A stretch of DNA of 62,424 nucleotides, taken from assembly GCA_014190055.1 (NCBI GenBank), contig BJFV01000001.1:1-62424 (forward strand). Reading direction: 5' to 3'. The DNA is from Actinomycetes bacterium (lineage in GTDB: Bacteria; Actinomycetota; Acidimicrobiia; Acidimicrobiales; Ilumatobacteraceae). Shown in pieces: positions 22,496-33,049 of the stretch (position 1 is the first letter of the stretch; every line of letters starts with the position of its first letter). Both the position numbers and the translations under genes were made by a program. The notes under the pieces are model-generated. The model saw nothing but the letters and a program-made list of their open reading frames with translations. It was not told the origin of the DNA and made no database searches.

Positions 22496-22718
22496 CGTGT
22501 TGGATAAAACTCAAAACTCGAAAGTTTGATCTGTCGCGGCACGCGGGTCAAAGCCAGCCGTGGCGATGCCACTGCTTTCAGCTCGACCGAGACGCACTTA
22601 GCAACAAAGATCAAATTTACGAACTTTGTAAAACTTGGTGGCAAGGTGGGAAACTAGTTTCCACTTTTGCTGTGCAACTGAAAAAATATTGACTATCTCT
22701 TCAATCACGTAAGGCATA

Positions 22719-23027
22719 ATGGTATCGCAAATGAGTGACAACCCCACACCAGAGCAAGAAAAGGCGTTGGCTGAAGCCCGAGCGCGGCTCGCTGAAACAC
22801 CCGCCAATGTCGTGGTAGCCAACCATGTAGTCGGCCTGTACGAATTGGCAGCAATTCACCTGGGTGCTAATCCACCAAGATTCGACGATGCCCGCCTGGC
22901 AATTGATGCGCTGGCGGCAATAGTTGATGCGCTTGGCAGTCGTCTCGGACAAGACCACGAAACCTTTAAAGATGCGCTCGCAAATATTCGTTTGGTTTAC
23001 GTCAAGTTGACAACAGAAAACAACTAG
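22719..23027 (+). CDS. Conserved hypothetical protein (DUF1844-like, from memory)
   Basis: 102 aa, containing NVVVANHVVGLYELAAIHLGANPPRFDDARLAIDALAAIVDALGSRLG. It is divergent from infC, a position where I recall DUF1844 genes sitting in actinobacteria. The start could also be ATG 22731. Confidence 0.7.
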   Translation: MVSQMSDNPTPEQEKALAEARARLAETPANVVVANHVVGLYELAAIHLGANPPRFDDARLAIDALAAIVDALGSRLGQDHETFKDALANIRLVYVKLTTENN

Positions 23028-23035
23028 TCGACGAT

Positions 23036-23965
23036 TCAGATACCAAACACTGACTCAACCGTTAGTCTCGCTCCATTTAGCCACTCTTCAATCTTCATCA
23101 CAGACTTGCCCTCTGGTTGAACTTCAATCAGCGACAACACACCTTTACCAGTTGCGATGCAGCAAGTGGTCTTGTCTACTTCGCAAACCTGACCAGTTTT
23201 TAGGTCTTTCGAGACTTCAGACATTACGCGAGCGCTTAAAACCTTTATTCGACGACCATTGATGAACGTAAACGCGCCACCCACACGCACCTGTCGAGCA
23301 ATTTGCTCGGCCGACTTGCTCCAATCAATTTGAAGATCAATCGGCTTAATTTTTCGTGCATAACTAGGCTCACCGGTTTGGCTGACCCCATTACCAAACC
23401 CATTCTTGATTTTGTCCAACAACAACTTGATAGCGACTGCATTAAGTTTTGCTTTGAGTGACTCGACATTGTCATTGTTGTCAATAGCGACCTCTTGTCG
23501 TGCATAAACCTCGCCCTCGTCAAGCTTCTCGACGACTCGCATAATGCACACACCGGTCGCGTCATCGCCGGCCAAGATTGCACGTTCAACCGGCGCGGCC
23601 CCACGCCATCGCGGCAAAAGTGAAAAATGGACATTGACCATCGGTATTTGCGCTAAAACTTCTTCAGAAATCAACTCTCCGAATGCAACGACGACGCCAA
23701 CAAGATTCTTCTGATCAGTTGCAACTTTTAAAACATCTGATGCGTCGTGCGAAACGGGTAGGTCGAGTTTTTGTGCAGCAATCTTCACTGGGCTTGCAGA
23801 AACTTCGTTTCCTCTGCCCCGGCGCACGTCTGGTCGGGTCACTACCAACTCAACTTTGAGCCCGCTCGCCACCAGCGCCTCAAGGTAAGGCACAGCAATC
23901 TCGGGCGTTCCGAGAAAAACAACACGCGACGCACCCGCACTGGGCAGTGGTGCGAGAGAACTCAC
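23036..23965 (-). CDS. fmt: Methionyl-tRNA formyltransferase
   Basis: 309 aa, with the HFSLLPRWRGAAP motif. It overlaps def by 4 nt. Confidence 0.95.
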   Translation of the reverse strand: MSSLAPLPSAGASRVVFLGTPEIAVPYLEALVASGLKVELVVTRPDVRRGRGNEVSASPVKIAAQKLDLPVSHDASDVLKVATDQKNLVGVVVAFGELISEEVLAQIPMVNVHFSLLPRWRGAAPVERAILAGDDATGVCIMRVVEKLDEGEVYARQEVAIDNNDNVESLKAKLNAVAIKLLLDKIKNGFGNGVSQTGEPSYARKIKPIDLQIDWSKSAEQIARQVRVGGAFTFINGRRIKVLSARVMSEVSKDLKTGQVCEVDKTTCCIATGKGVLSLIEVQPEGKSVMKIEEWLNGARLTVESVFGI

Positions 23966-24483
23966 GACAGTCTTAGGTGCGTCGGTTCGCTTTCAATCTT
24001 GTTTTCTTCGCGTCGACGATATTCGGCGAGCGCTTGCTTTCGCTGGTCTGGTGTCATTCGTTCAAACATCAATACACCTTGTAAGTGATCAATTTCGTGC
24101 TGGAATAATCTCGCCAACAGTTCATCAGCCTCGATTTGAATCGTGTTGCCATCTAAATTTGTCGCCTCGACAAGCACAAGCTTCGGGCGCAACATTTCGA
24201 CATAAAGCCCTGGTATTGACAGACAACCTTCGTCATAAACCCACTCACCACTCGACTCAACGATCTTTGGATTGATCAAGACTTGTGGTTCGTCATCGAC
24301 GTCGTAAACAAAAAGTTGCTTTTGCACGCCAATTTGTGGTGCCGCAAGACCAATGCCTGGCGCTTGGTACATAACTTCGAACATCTCGTCAGTGAGTTTG
24401 ATCAACTTCGAGTCGATGTTTGTGATCTCGGCGGCACACGTCTTTAAGACTGGGTCGCCAAAGGTGCGGATGTCGTAACTCAC
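23962..24483 (-). CDS. def: Peptide deformylase
   Basis: 173 aa, with motifs GIGLAAPQIG, EGCLSIPG and HEIDHLQG. Confidence 0.96.
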   Translation of the reverse strand: MSYDIRTFGDPVLKTCAAEITNIDSKLIKLTDEMFEVMYQAPGIGLAAPQIGVQKQLFVYDVDDEPQVLINPKIVESSGEWVYDEGCLSIPGLYVEMLRPKLVLVEATNLDGNTIQIEADELLARLFQHEIDHLQGVLMFERMTPDQRKQALAEYRRREENKIESEPTHLRLS

Positions 24484-24519
24484 CTCATTAACACTATCTA
24501 AGCCCTCAACGCCAGCGAT

Positions 24520-26265
24520 CTATACGCGTGGCGGGTCGACATGAAATGTCAGCCGCGACTTAGCCGGACGTTTTGCAGACATAAGCACATCGGACAATTG
24601 TTGCCAACTCTCTGCACGGATTAATCCGTTCTCTGTGTCTTTATTCATGGTCTGCACAGCCGCAGAATATTCAAGGGACTCATTCAAAGAATCAAGAAAT
24701 GCCTTTGTTCCTTTACCTGAAACTTGGGCAATTGATCCAAAAGGCGGAAACTTCAACAACGAGCGCCGTGCCTCATCGCTGACGAAATATTGACTTAGGT
24801 CACCAATCTTTAGTCCGACCAAAAATGCATTGTCAGGCGTATGAGTCTGCAACAAAATGCGCGGACTCTGAGTCGATCGACCAACAAGTCTTGCTGCATG
24901 CACAACTAACGTCGCCACAATCTCGTTGGCTCGGTAGCGAGGTGCAAGCAACTCTGAATCAATATCCAAAAATACGACCGTGTCGGCATTCTGCACGCGA
25001 TGCAATACAGCCTCAGTACCAACAAAGACATTGCAACGCTCGTTAACTGTTTCTGTTGATGCTGTTACTTCGAATACAGATCGGTTCGCGGCAGCCTCGA
25101 GCTCTTCTCGCAATCGAGCAACACCTGGTTTCAGCACCGCACAACTACTCGAACCGCAGACCTGACAAATAACGGGTCTTGACTCTCCGCAACGTGGACA
25201 ATCGAGTCTTGTTTTGTCGGTCTGGTTGAGCGCAGCATCACACTTTTCGCATCGCAAGATATTGCGACATGACCCACACGCCGTCAATCGAGCCCGACCT
25301 TTGCTGTTAAGAACGCAAACCACTCGACGCGATTTATCGCGCAATTCGGCGATCAATTCGGATGAAATCAACGAACGACTCCATTGTTCATCACTGTTGC
25401 GATCGACAATCAAGACCTCGGGCCATTGACCCTGAGAATCGACAACTCGGCGATCACCCGCCCATTTGCGCGCCGACATTGACGCAATTGGCGACAGCAA
25501 GATACACCTTGCACCAGCTCGTGATGAGCGCTCGATTGCGACATCGCGAGCATGCCAAGTTGGGCTTCGCTCTTCTTGCAACAAGTCGTCGTGCTCGTCG
25601 ACCACGACTATGTTGCTGAACTTCTCAACAGGCGCCCAGACTGCACTTCGCGTACCAATCACGACGTCTACACCGCCGTATGCCAATGCCCAGTCTTGAG
25701 GCCATTGGGCGACCGAGAAATTGTTCGCTCTAAGCGCGGCAGCAAGAAGTTTTACTCGATGCTGCGTTGGCATCACGACAATTGTTGGGCCATCACAAGC
25801 AACTGCACTTATGAATGGCGCCAAGTTCGTCAGTGGCGCAACTGTTATCAATCCTCCACCAAAATCTCTGATTTTGTCGAAAGTGTCTGACGCATATTGC
25901 ACCGCGCGCGGCATATATCGCGCTGATGGCACACTGTTTATCAACGTCTCTGGCGCAGCCGTCGAGATGAACGAACGCATTCGACCCGCCCAGCGCTTTG
26001 TCGCCCACACAGCCAGGTCAACAATTTCTGCAGTTGCCCCTAGACCTAAAACCTTGATGACACTCTTGATCTTTTTGATTTCAAGACCAACACTTGGCTC
26101 ACCAATTTCAACAACCCACCCAGCGACATTTCGCCCATGCAGAGGAACTCGAACCCTGACACCAACTCGCACTGTTTCGACAAGTGTTTCAGGCACCAGG
26201 TAATCGAAAATTTTGTCGACTCCTGTTACATCAGGAACGACTCGCGCTACCCGAACCGAGGGCAC
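24520..26265 (-). CDS. priA: Primosomal protein N' (PriA), actinobacterial type
   Basis: 581 aa with an N-terminal 3'-DNA-binding-like domain. It has a DEHD box (VVVDEHDD) and a Cys-rich zinc region (CGSCRNILRCEKCD..CPRCG..CQVCGS). No Walker A GxGK[ST] motif is seen at the expected position. Confidence 0.88.
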   Translation of the reverse strand: MPSVRVARVVPDVTGVDKIFDYLVPETLVETVRVGVRVRVPLHGRNVAGWVVEIGEPSVGLEIKKIKSVIKVLGLGATAEIVDLAVWATKRWAGRMRSFISTAAPETLINSVPSARYMPRAVQYASDTFDKIRDFGGGLITVAPLTNLAPFISAVACDGPTIVVMPTQHRVKLLAAALRANNFSVAQWPQDWALAYGGVDVVIGTRSAVWAPVEKFSNIVVVDEHDDLLQEERSPTWHARDVAIERSSRAGARCILLSPIASMSARKWAGDRRVVDSQGQWPEVLIVDRNSDEQWSRSLISSELIAELRDKSRRVVCVLNSKGRARLTACGSCRNILRCEKCDAALNQTDKTRLDCPRCGESRPVICQVCGSSSCAVLKPGVARLREELEAAANRSVFEVTASTETVNERCNVFVGTEAVLHRVQNADTVVFLDIDSELLAPRYRANEIVATLVVHAARLVGRSTQSPRILLQTHTPDNAFLVGLKIGDLSQYFVSDEARRSLLKFPPFGSIAQVSGKGTKAFLDSLNESLEYSAAVQTMNKDTENGLIRAESWQQLSDVLMSAKRPAKSRLTFHVDPPRV

Positions 26266-26276
26266 CGCAGTTTGAC

Positions 26277-27470
26277 TCAGAGTTTGACTGCTGCCTTGAA
26301 CTCTTTGAGCTTCGACAACTTCTCCCAGGTGAAATTCGGCTCGTTACGACCGAAGTGGCCATAAGCCGCAGTCTTTTGATAAATCGGACGCTTCAGATCA
26401 AGGTCACGCAAAATCGCCGCAGGGCGAAGGTCGAAGACTTCTCGAACTGCCGCCTCAATCACAGACTCATCGACCGTGTTGGTGCCGAATGTTTCGACGA
26501 AGATGCTGATCGGTTGCGCCATGCCGATTGCATAAGCGACTTGCAACTCGCATCGCTTGGCCGCACCCGAAGCAACAACGTGCTTGGCTACCCAACGTGC
26601 TGCATATGCTGCCGAACGGTCAACTTTTGATGGATCTTTTCCGCTGAATGCACCGCCACCGTGGCGACCCATGCCGCCGTATGTATCAACAATGATCTTT
26701 CGTCCAGTTAAACCCGTGTCAGCGTGCGGACCACCTTTGACGAATTCACCTGTTGGGTTGACATAAACGGCGTAGTCATCTTTGGCAAACTGCGCAGGAA
26801 TCACCGGACGAATAACTTGTTCAATCAGGTCTGGTCGAATGACTGTGTCGCGATTGATGCCATCAGCGTGCTGAGTCGAAATCAAAACTGTTCGCAAACG
26901 AACAGGCACACCGTTTTCGTAATCGAAAGTGACTTGAGTCTTGCCATCAGGACGCAAATACGGGATCGCCCCCGATTTCCGTACTTCGGTGAGCTTTTCT
27001 GCCATGCGATGTGCCAACCAAATCGGCAACGGCATGAGATCATCGGTTTCTGTGCATGCGTAACCAAACATCATTCCTTGGTCACCAGCACCCTGGCTAT
27101 TTAATTTGTCTTCACCGCTTTTGCCCGCACGAATCTCTTCACTCACGTCGACGCCCTGAGCGATGTTCGGGCTCTGTTCGTCGATGCTGACAATCACACC
27201 ACAGGTGTTGCCATCAAAACCATAAAGCGCATTGTCATAACCAATGCCTTTGATTACTTCGCGAGCGAGCTTCGGAATATCGACATATGCGCTTGTCGTT
27301 ATTTCGCCAGCAACTACACAAAGACCTGTAGTCAGCAACGTCTCACAAGCAACTCGACCATTGGCATCTTCTGCCAAAATCGCATCAAGAACCGCATCAG
27401 AAACCTGATCGGCCATCTTGTCGGGGTGACCCTCGGTCACACTTTCTGAAGTAAATGAATATTTTTTCAT
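26277..27470 (-). CDS. metK: S-adenosylmethionine synthase
   Basis: 397 aa, with GHPDK and [16 protein letters not shown] motifs. Confidence 0.97.
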   Translation of the reverse strand: MKKYSFTSESVTEGHPDKMADQVSDAVLDAILAEDANGRVACETLLTTGLCVVAGEITTSAYVDIPKLAREVIKGIGYDNALYGFDGNTCGVIVSIDEQSPNIAQGVDVSEEIRAGKSGEDKLNSQGAGDQGMMFGYACTETDDLMPLPIWLAHRMAEKLTEVRKSGAIPYLRPDGKTQVTFDYENGVPVRLRTVLISTQHADGINRDTVIRPDLIEQVIRPVIPAQFAKDDYAVYVNPTGEFVKGGPHADTGLTGRKIIVDTYGGMGRHGGGAFSGKDPSKVDRSAAYAARWVAKHVVASGAAKRCELQVAYAIGMAQPISIFVETFGTNTVDESVIEAAVREVFDLRPAAILRDLDLKRPIYQKTAAYGHFGRNEPNFTWEKLSKLKEFKAAVKL

Positions 27471-27488
27471 CGACGCAGGCTTTTCGAC

Positions 27489-27833
27489 TTACTCGGCGGT
27501 TTGCTCTGTTGTCGAATCTTGCATCGCATCAAGTTCAGCTTGCTTCTCAGCGGCAAGTGCTGCCTCGTTTTCTGCCAAGACTTCTTCGATTGTTTTAGCA
27601 ACAAGTTGAATCTTGCCCGCGGCAATTTCTTCGAAACTTATCGAAAGCGGCTTTCGTGCCGTCGAACTAACTTGCGGTGGCACCATATTGCCAAGACCAT
27701 CACCAAGTTGATTGAAATATGAGTTGATCTCTCGTGCGCGACGTGCCGAGAGTGTCACTAGAGAAAATTTCGAACCTGTGTGCCCCATCAGCGACTCAAT
27801 TGCTGGGCTCATCATCGTGTCTTCGGTTGTCAC
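27489..27833 (-). CDS. rpoZ: DNA-directed RNA polymerase subunit omega
   Basis: 114 aa, containing KFSLVTLSARRAREIN. The GTG start has AGGAGG 5 nt upstream. Confidence 0.9.
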   Translation of the reverse strand: MTTEDTMMSPAIESLMGHTGSKFSLVTLSARRAREINSYFNQLGDGLGNMVPPQVSSTARKPLSISFEEIAAGKIQLVAKTIEEVLAENEAALAAEKQAELDAMQDSTTEQTAE

Positions 27834-27906
27834 TTTTGCCTCCTGGCGCTCAACACAAGGCGATCACATTTGGCTCGGCTTGCGGCTATTGAGTATAGCC
27901 CTCTAT

Positions 27907-28476
27907 CTAACTAGACGTGCGTTGTTTACGCTCGTAGGCGATAATCCGACTCATCTCTTCGAGCGTCGATTCAAGGTCGTCATTGATAATCACATAATCA
28001 GCGATGGCCTTACCGACTGGCTCTTCTTCTTCGGCTTTGCGTAGACGTTTCTCTACTTTTTGATCAGCGTCGCCACGGCCACGTAGTCGTGCTTTTTGTT
28101 CTTGTCTTGAGGGTGGCAACACAAACAAAAGAAGCGCGGATGCATTTAGGCGCTTGACTTGCTGAGCACCATCAACTTCAATTTCGAGAACCGTGTCTTT
28201 ACCAGCAGGTGGCCTCGGTGTCGGGGTGCCGTAGAGATTGCCGAGAAAGTCAGTCCACTCTAAAAATCCGTTGGCAGCAATATTGTCTTCAAACTCGCGC
28301 CTCGAAACGAACTTATATGCATCAGATGCTTCACCTGGTCGCTGCTCGCGTGTAGTCCATGAGCGACTTAGCCAAAGTCTTTCATCACGCTGCACAAGTT
28401 TCTCGACAATGGTGCTCTTACCAACACCACCAGGTCCTGAAACAACAATCACCAAGCTCGAGTCGTTCGTATTCAC
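27907..28476 (-). CDS. gmk: Guanylate kinase
   Basis: 189 aa, P-loop GPGGVGKST. Confidence 0.95.
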   Translation of the reverse strand: MNTNDSSLVIVVSGPGGVGKSTIVEKLVQRDERLWLSRSWTTREQRPGEASDAYKFVSRREFEDNIAANGFLEWTDFLGNLYGTPTPRPPAGKDTVLEIEVDGAQQVKRLNASALLLFVLPPSRQEQKARLRGRGDADQKVEKRLRKAEEEEPVGKAIADYVIINDDLESTLEEMSRIIAYERKQRTSS

Positions 28477-28781
28477 TTAAGAGCCTCAATGATTAATTGG
28501 CGTTGTTTTTGAGTAAGTGCGCCGACTTTTTGCTTATGCGAAATTTTCAACTCATCGAGCACTTGGCGGGCGCGAATCTTGCCAATATGCGAAAACGACT
28601 CAAGAGCTTTAACAACATAAAGTTGAGTCAAGGGCAGCTCGTCACTTGTTTGCATTACCGTTGACAACGACCGATCGCCACTCGCAATTTGCTCAAGAAC
28701 TTTGTTCATCGCAACACGCAGTTCAAGCACGGCAGATATCGCGACTTCACGAGTGTTGATACCAGCAGGCGACGTTGCCAT
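28473..28781 (-). CDS. mihF: Actinobacterial integration host factor (mIHF)
   Basis: 102 aa in the conserved position upstream of gmk. The C-terminal helix-hairpin-helix-like segment reads SHIGKIRARQVLDELKIS. Confidence 0.85.
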   Translation of the reverse strand: MATSPAGINTREVAISAVLELRVAMNKVLEQIASGDRSLSTVMQTSDELPLTQLYVVKALESFSHIGKIRARQVLDELKISHKQKVGALTQKQRQLIIEALK

Positions 28782-28814
28782 TAATCCATTCTAGTTCTAA
28801 GCACTCAAATCGTC

Positions 28815-29753
28815 TTAGTCGTTCAGAGTTTTGAGACCGCCCCGATGCGACGCTGAAGTGACCTGCGACCATTCAGAAATCGAATGCGCACTCGCCCACT
28901 TGTGTAGTTGGCGCAATATTTTGACGGGTGCTCGCGGATCGGCGAATGTGGCTGTGCCAACCTGCACTGCATCGGCCCCGGCGAGCATCATTTCAGCCGC
29001 AGTTTCACCCGACACGACACCACCAGCACCCAAAATCTTGATCTCAGGTAACGCCGCTCGCACCTCATAGATACAACGCACAGCGATCGGATGCAGTGCG
29101 GAACCCGACAAACCACCGCGCACATTTCCGAGCACTGGCAAACCAGTATCCGTATCGATCGCCATGCCGATCGCAGTATTGACCAGTGTCACCGCTTGCG
29201 CACCAGCCGAATGAACAGCCCGAGCAACGTCTACTAATAATGAAGTGTTGGGGCTCAATTTTGCCCACAGCGGTAAGTCTGCGATTAAACACGACTCGAC
29301 AACTTGGGCGCTCAGTTCGGCGTCGTGGCTAAACATTGCGTGATTTCCGCTCAGGTTTGGGCAAGAAAGATTTACTTCAACTGCTGCCACCTGATTGCGC
29401 ACTTCAGCCAACATCTTGGCAGCCTGCGAATAATCATCGATGCTGTGCCCCCAAATGCTGACAACAATCTTCGCGCCAGATTTCTGCAGCAACGGCAAAT
29501 CTCGTTCGATGAAACTTGCAACGCCACCGCCCTGCAGACCAACTGCATTGAGCATCCCCGAAGTTGTCGGGTGCAACCGAGGTGCTGGGTTGCCAGGCCA
29601 TTCAAAGTGCGCAATCGATTTTGTGACTACCGCGCCAATATCTTTCAGCGGAAAATACGAATCAAATTCGGCACCGTAACCAGCGGTGCCCGATGCGGTC
29701 AAAATTGGTTCAGCAAGTTCGACCGAACCAATCGAAATCGCTTTGCGCTGCAT
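28815..29753 (-). CDS. pyrD: Dihydroorotate dehydrogenase, class 1 (catalytic Cys type)
   Basis: 312 aa, with TASGTAGYG and NAVGLQGGG motifs. The active-site loop NLSCPN carries a Cys base. There is no N-terminal membrane-anchor extension. The gene overlaps the carB stop by 1 nt. Confidence 0.9.
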   Translation of the reverse strand: MQRKAISIGSVELAEPILTASGTAGYGAEFDSYFPLKDIGAVVTKSIAHFEWPGNPAPRLHPTTSGMLNAVGLQGGGVASFIERDLPLLQKSGAKIVVSIWGHSIDDYSQAAKMLAEVRNQVAAVEVNLSCPNLSGNHAMFSHDAELSAQVVESCLIADLPLWAKLSPNTSLLVDVARAVHSAGAQAVTLVNTAIGMAIDTDTGLPVLGNVRGGLSGSALHPIAVRCIYEVRAALPEIKILGAGGVVSGETAAEMMLAGADAVQVGTATFADPRAPVKILRQLHKWASAHSISEWSQVTSASHRGGLKTLND

Positions 29754-32700
29754 TATCTGGCGTGAAATTCTTGAAGCGACTTAACAGCGAACGGTCGATT
29801 GCGTTGCTCAATCATTCCTTGTACTGCTGCTCGCGCCGCACTGAGGGTCGTCACCACAGAAACGCGACAGTTATTCGCTGCTTTTCTAATTGCTTCGCCA
29901 TCACTGCGAGTGCCATGACCACGCGGTGTATTGATCACAAGTACGATCTCGCCTGCTTCGATGAGTTTGACTGCGTCATCAAAGTTCTTGTCATCGGCTT
30001 TGCGCTCAGAAAACTTGCTGACAACTCGAGTTACCACGCAGCCATTTTCTGTCAGGTACTTGGCAGTACCCGATGTTGCCGCGATTTGAAGGCCCAACGA
30101 AGTTAAACCTTTGACAACTTCTATGCCACCCTCTTTGTCGCGATCGTTAAGTGACACAAATACGAGACCGCTCTCCGGAAGAGTCGTGCCCGCTGCAAAT
30201 TGAGCTTTCGCAAATGCTCGCGCAAATGAATCATCAATTCCCATTACTTCGCCTGTCGAACGCATTTCAGGTCCGAGCGCGGTGTCAACTTCGGCAAAAC
30301 GATTAAACGGCAACACCGCTTCTTTTACAGAAACATGGCCACCGGGTACTCGGTCGGGCAACAAGCCTTCTTGTCGTAATTGTGCGAGCGTTGCGCCAAG
30401 CATTACTCGGCTCGCAACCTTGACCAACTGCACTCCCGTTGCTTTGGCAACGAACGGAACAGTGCGACTTGCTCGCGGATTTGCCTCAATCACATACACA
30501 GTTGAGCCAGTTACGGCAAACTGCACATTGATCAAGCCAATGACATTTAATGCGTTTGCAATCTTTTTAACCGTATTTTCTATTTCATCGATAATTTTTG
30601 CCGACAATGTGACAGGCGGAATCGTGCAAGCCGAGTCGCCCGAATGAACACCTGCTTGTTCGACATGCTCCATCACCCCGCCAATCAGAACCTCTGACGA
30701 AGCATCGCGAATTGCATCGACGTCAACCTCGATTGCGTCTTCTAAAAATCGATCGACAAGAACTGGTCGCTCGGCTGATAAGCCACCTTCACGGCCGAGT
30801 GAACCAGCCTGATCCATCTCTTGCATCGCCCTTTTGAGTTGCGCCTCATCATGAACGATCTGCATCGCTCGGCCGCCAAGCACATAGCTCGGCCGTACTA
30901 AAACCGGGTATCCAATCTTGTTGGCGATCTCAACTGCCTGATCTATGTTTCGTGCAGTGCCACCTGGGGGCTGGGCAATCGAGTTTGCCTCACACAACGC
31001 ACTCCACTTTTCGCGATCTTCGGCGATGTCAATGCTCTGACTATTTGTTCCGGCAATCAAGTCTGCAGGTATTCGCCCGGCAAGTTTTAGTGGTGTCTGG
31101 CCACCCAAACCAACGATCACTTTTGGCTTTACTCCCGATGAGACTGTTTCAGCTTCAATCACATTCAACACGTCTTCAAGAGTTAAGGGTTCGAAAAAAA
31201 GCTTGTCTGATGTGTCGTAGTCGGTCGAAACTGTTTCAGGATTGCAATTGAGCATGATGGTTTCGAACCCCGCATCACGCAATGCAAAACTGGCATGCAC
31301 GCAGCAATAGTCAAACTCAATGCCCTGACCAATGCGATTAGGGCCACTACCCAAAATAATTACAGACTCTTTTGTCGAAGCGTGAATTTCAGACTCATCT
31401 TCATAAGTCGAATAGTGATATGGCGTCTGCGCCGAGAACTCGGCACTGCAAGTATCAACCGCCTTATAAGTTGGTCGCACCCCCAAAGCCAGACGACTAG
31501 CGCGAACATCAGCTTCTGATTTCTTCCAGAGCCAAGCCAACTGAGCATCGGCGAACCCCATTCGCTTGGCGCGAAGCCACTCAAGTTTCGTTAGCGATCC
31601 CATCTCTCGTTCGGCCAAAAACTCTCGCTCTTCAACTATCGTCAGCATCTGGTCGAGAAACCACGGGTCAAACTTGCAGTATTCGGCGACAATTTCAATC
31701 GAAATCTTTCGGCGAAGGCACTCGCCAATCTGAAAAATTCGTTCGGGCGTAGGTATCGCAATTTTGTTCAGTAATTCTTCGTCGCTAAGCGCCAAATAAT
31801 TTTCTTCGCCTGGGTCGCAATTCAGTCCGAAACGACCAATCTCAAGAGATCGCAACGCTTTTTGCAAACTCTCGGTGAACGTACGACCAATCGCCATTGC
31901 CTCGCCGACACTTTGCATTTGCGTACCAAGCACACCAGACGTGCCGGGAAACTTCTCAAAAGCCCAACGCGGAATTTTGACTACTACATAGTCGATCGTT
32001 GGCTCAAAACTTGCTGGGGTCTTTTTTGTGATGTCGTTGGAAATTTCGTCCAGTGTGTAGCCAACCGCAAGTTTCGCGGCGATCTTGGCGATTGGAAAGC
32101 CTGTCGCCTTCGAAGCCAAAGCAGAACTGCGCGATACTCGTGGGTTCATTTCAATAACAACTTGTTCGCCCGTTGTTGGGTTGACGGCGAACTGAACATT
32201 TGATCCACCAGTTTCGACTCCAACTCGGCGGATACATGCAAACGCAGCGTCACGCATTTTTTGATATTCGACGTCTGAAAGCGTCATTGCCGGTGCGACA
32301 GTTATTGAGTCGCCCGTATGCACACCCATTGCATCGACGTTTTCAATCGAGCAGATAATCACGCAATTGTCATTGCGATCACGCATCACTTCAAGTTCGT
32401 ATTCTTTCCAGCCAACAATCGACGTTTCAATCAGCACTTCCGAAATTGGACTAGCCGCCAAACCATTGCTAACTACCGCTTTAAATTCTTCAGGCGTGTG
32501 AGCAATGCCGGTGCCGCGTCCACCCAGAATGTACGCGGGTCGAATAATCACAGGCAGACCAATTTCTTTGACTATTTTTTGCGCTTCAGGCAAAGTATGT
32601 GCGATACCTGATCGCGGCACGCTGAGACCAATTTCGATCATCGCCTCTTTGAATTTTCCACGATCTTCGGCGGTGGCAATCGCTTCAGCGTTTGCGCCGA

Positions 32701-33049
32701 TTAGTTCGGGGGTGCCTGGTACGCCAACTTTGCCACGTGCGAATAACTCCATGGCGAGATTCAAAGCAGTTTGACCGCCAAGAGTTGGCAAGACTGCGTC
32801 GGGCTTTTCGCGCTCAATAATTTTTTCGATGAAATCTGGAGTAAGAGGCTCGATGTATGTGCGATCGGCAAAATCAGGATCAGTCATGATCGTCGCCGGA
32901 TTCGAGTTCGCCAAAATTACGCGATACCCCTCGCTGCGCAACACTCGGCACGCTTGAGTGCCTGAATAGTCAAACTCACAAGCCTGACCAATGACAATTG
33001 GTCCTGACCCCAAGACAAGAATCGACTTGATGTCGTTGCGTCTTGGCAT
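29753..33049 (-). CDS. carB: Carbamoyl-phosphate synthase large subunit
   Basis: 1098 aa with duplicated ATP-grasp halves and a C-terminal MGS-like domain. Confidence 0.97.
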   Translation of the reverse strand: MPRRNDIKSILVLGSGPIVIGQACEFDYSGTQACRVLRSEGYRVILANSNPATIMTDPDFADRTYIEPLTPDFIEKIIEREKPDAVLPTLGGQTALNLAMELFARGKVGVPGTPELIGANAEAIATAEDRGKFKEAMIEIGLSVPRSGIAHTLPEAQKIVKEIGLPVIIRPAYILGGRGTGIAHTPEEFKAVVSNGLAASPISEVLIETSIVGWKEYELEVMRDRNDNCVIICSIENVDAMGVHTGDSITVAPAMTLSDVEYQKMRDAAFACIRRVGVETGGSNVQFAVNPTTGEQVVIEMNPRVSRSSALASKATGFPIAKIAAKLAVGYTLDEISNDITKKTPASFEPTIDYVVVKIPRWAFEKFPGTSGVLGTQMQSVGEAMAIGRTFTESLQKALRSLEIGRFGLNCDPGEENYLALSDEELLNKIAIPTPERIFQIGECLRRKISIEIVAEYCKFDPWFLDQMLTIVEEREFLAEREMGSLTKLEWLRAKRMGFADAQLAWLWKKSEADVRASRLALGVRPTYKAVDTCSAEFSAQTPYHYSTYEDESEIHASTKESVIILGSGPNRIGQGIEFDYCCVHASFALRDAGFETIMLNCNPETVSTDYDTSDKLFFEPLTLEDVLNVIEAETVSSGVKPKVIVGLGGQTPLKLAGRIPADLIAGTNSQSIDIAEDREKWSALCEANSIAQPPGGTARNIDQAVEIANKIGYPVLVRPSYVLGGRAMQIVHDEAQLKRAMQEMDQAGSLGREGGLSAERPVLVDRFLEDAIEVDVDAIRDASSEVLIGGVMEHVEQAGVHSGDSACTIPPVTLSAKIIDEIENTVKKIANALNVIGLINVQFAVTGSTVYVIEANPRASRTVPFVAKATGVQLVKVASRVMLGATLAQLRQEGLLPDRVPGGHVSVKEAVLPFNRFAEVDTALGPEMRSTGEVMGIDDSFARAFAKAQFAAGTTLPESGLVFVSLNDRDKEGGIEVVKGLTSLGLQIAATSGTAKYLTENGCVVTRVVSKFSERKADDKNFDDAVKLIEAGEIVLVINTPRGHGTRSDGEAIRKAANNCRVSVVTTLSAARAAVQGMIEQRNRPFAVKSLQEFHAR

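Noticed and set aside
22453-22644. 63-aa minus-strand ORF (MPPSFTKFVNLIFVAKC...) covering the infC leader.
   Set aside because: It has no SD at its start, an odd composition, and covers a region with strong RNA secondary-structure signals. Only its last 7 codons, downstream of the strong SD, are considered meaningful as the uORF.
25721-26203. Long antisense or alternative-frame ORFs inside well-supported genes. Examples are 25721..26203 (+) in priA, 52266..52865 (+) in hisS, 41410..41931 (+) in aroB, 42255..42743 (+) in aroK/aroC, 29304..29765 (+) in pyrD, 9756..10220 (+) in tyrS and 57634..58221 (-) in secD.
   Set aside because: They are shadow ORFs opposite or out of frame with genes carrying diagnostic motifs. 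They have low-complexity or Arg/Ser/Pro-skewed translations and no independent start signals.
27860-27900. Hairpin GGCTAT-TGAGT-ATAGCC just after the gmk stop, upstream of rpoZ.
   Set aside because: It is a 6-bp stem without a U-tract. It could be a minor mRNA stability element but nothing distinctive, so it is not reported as a feature.
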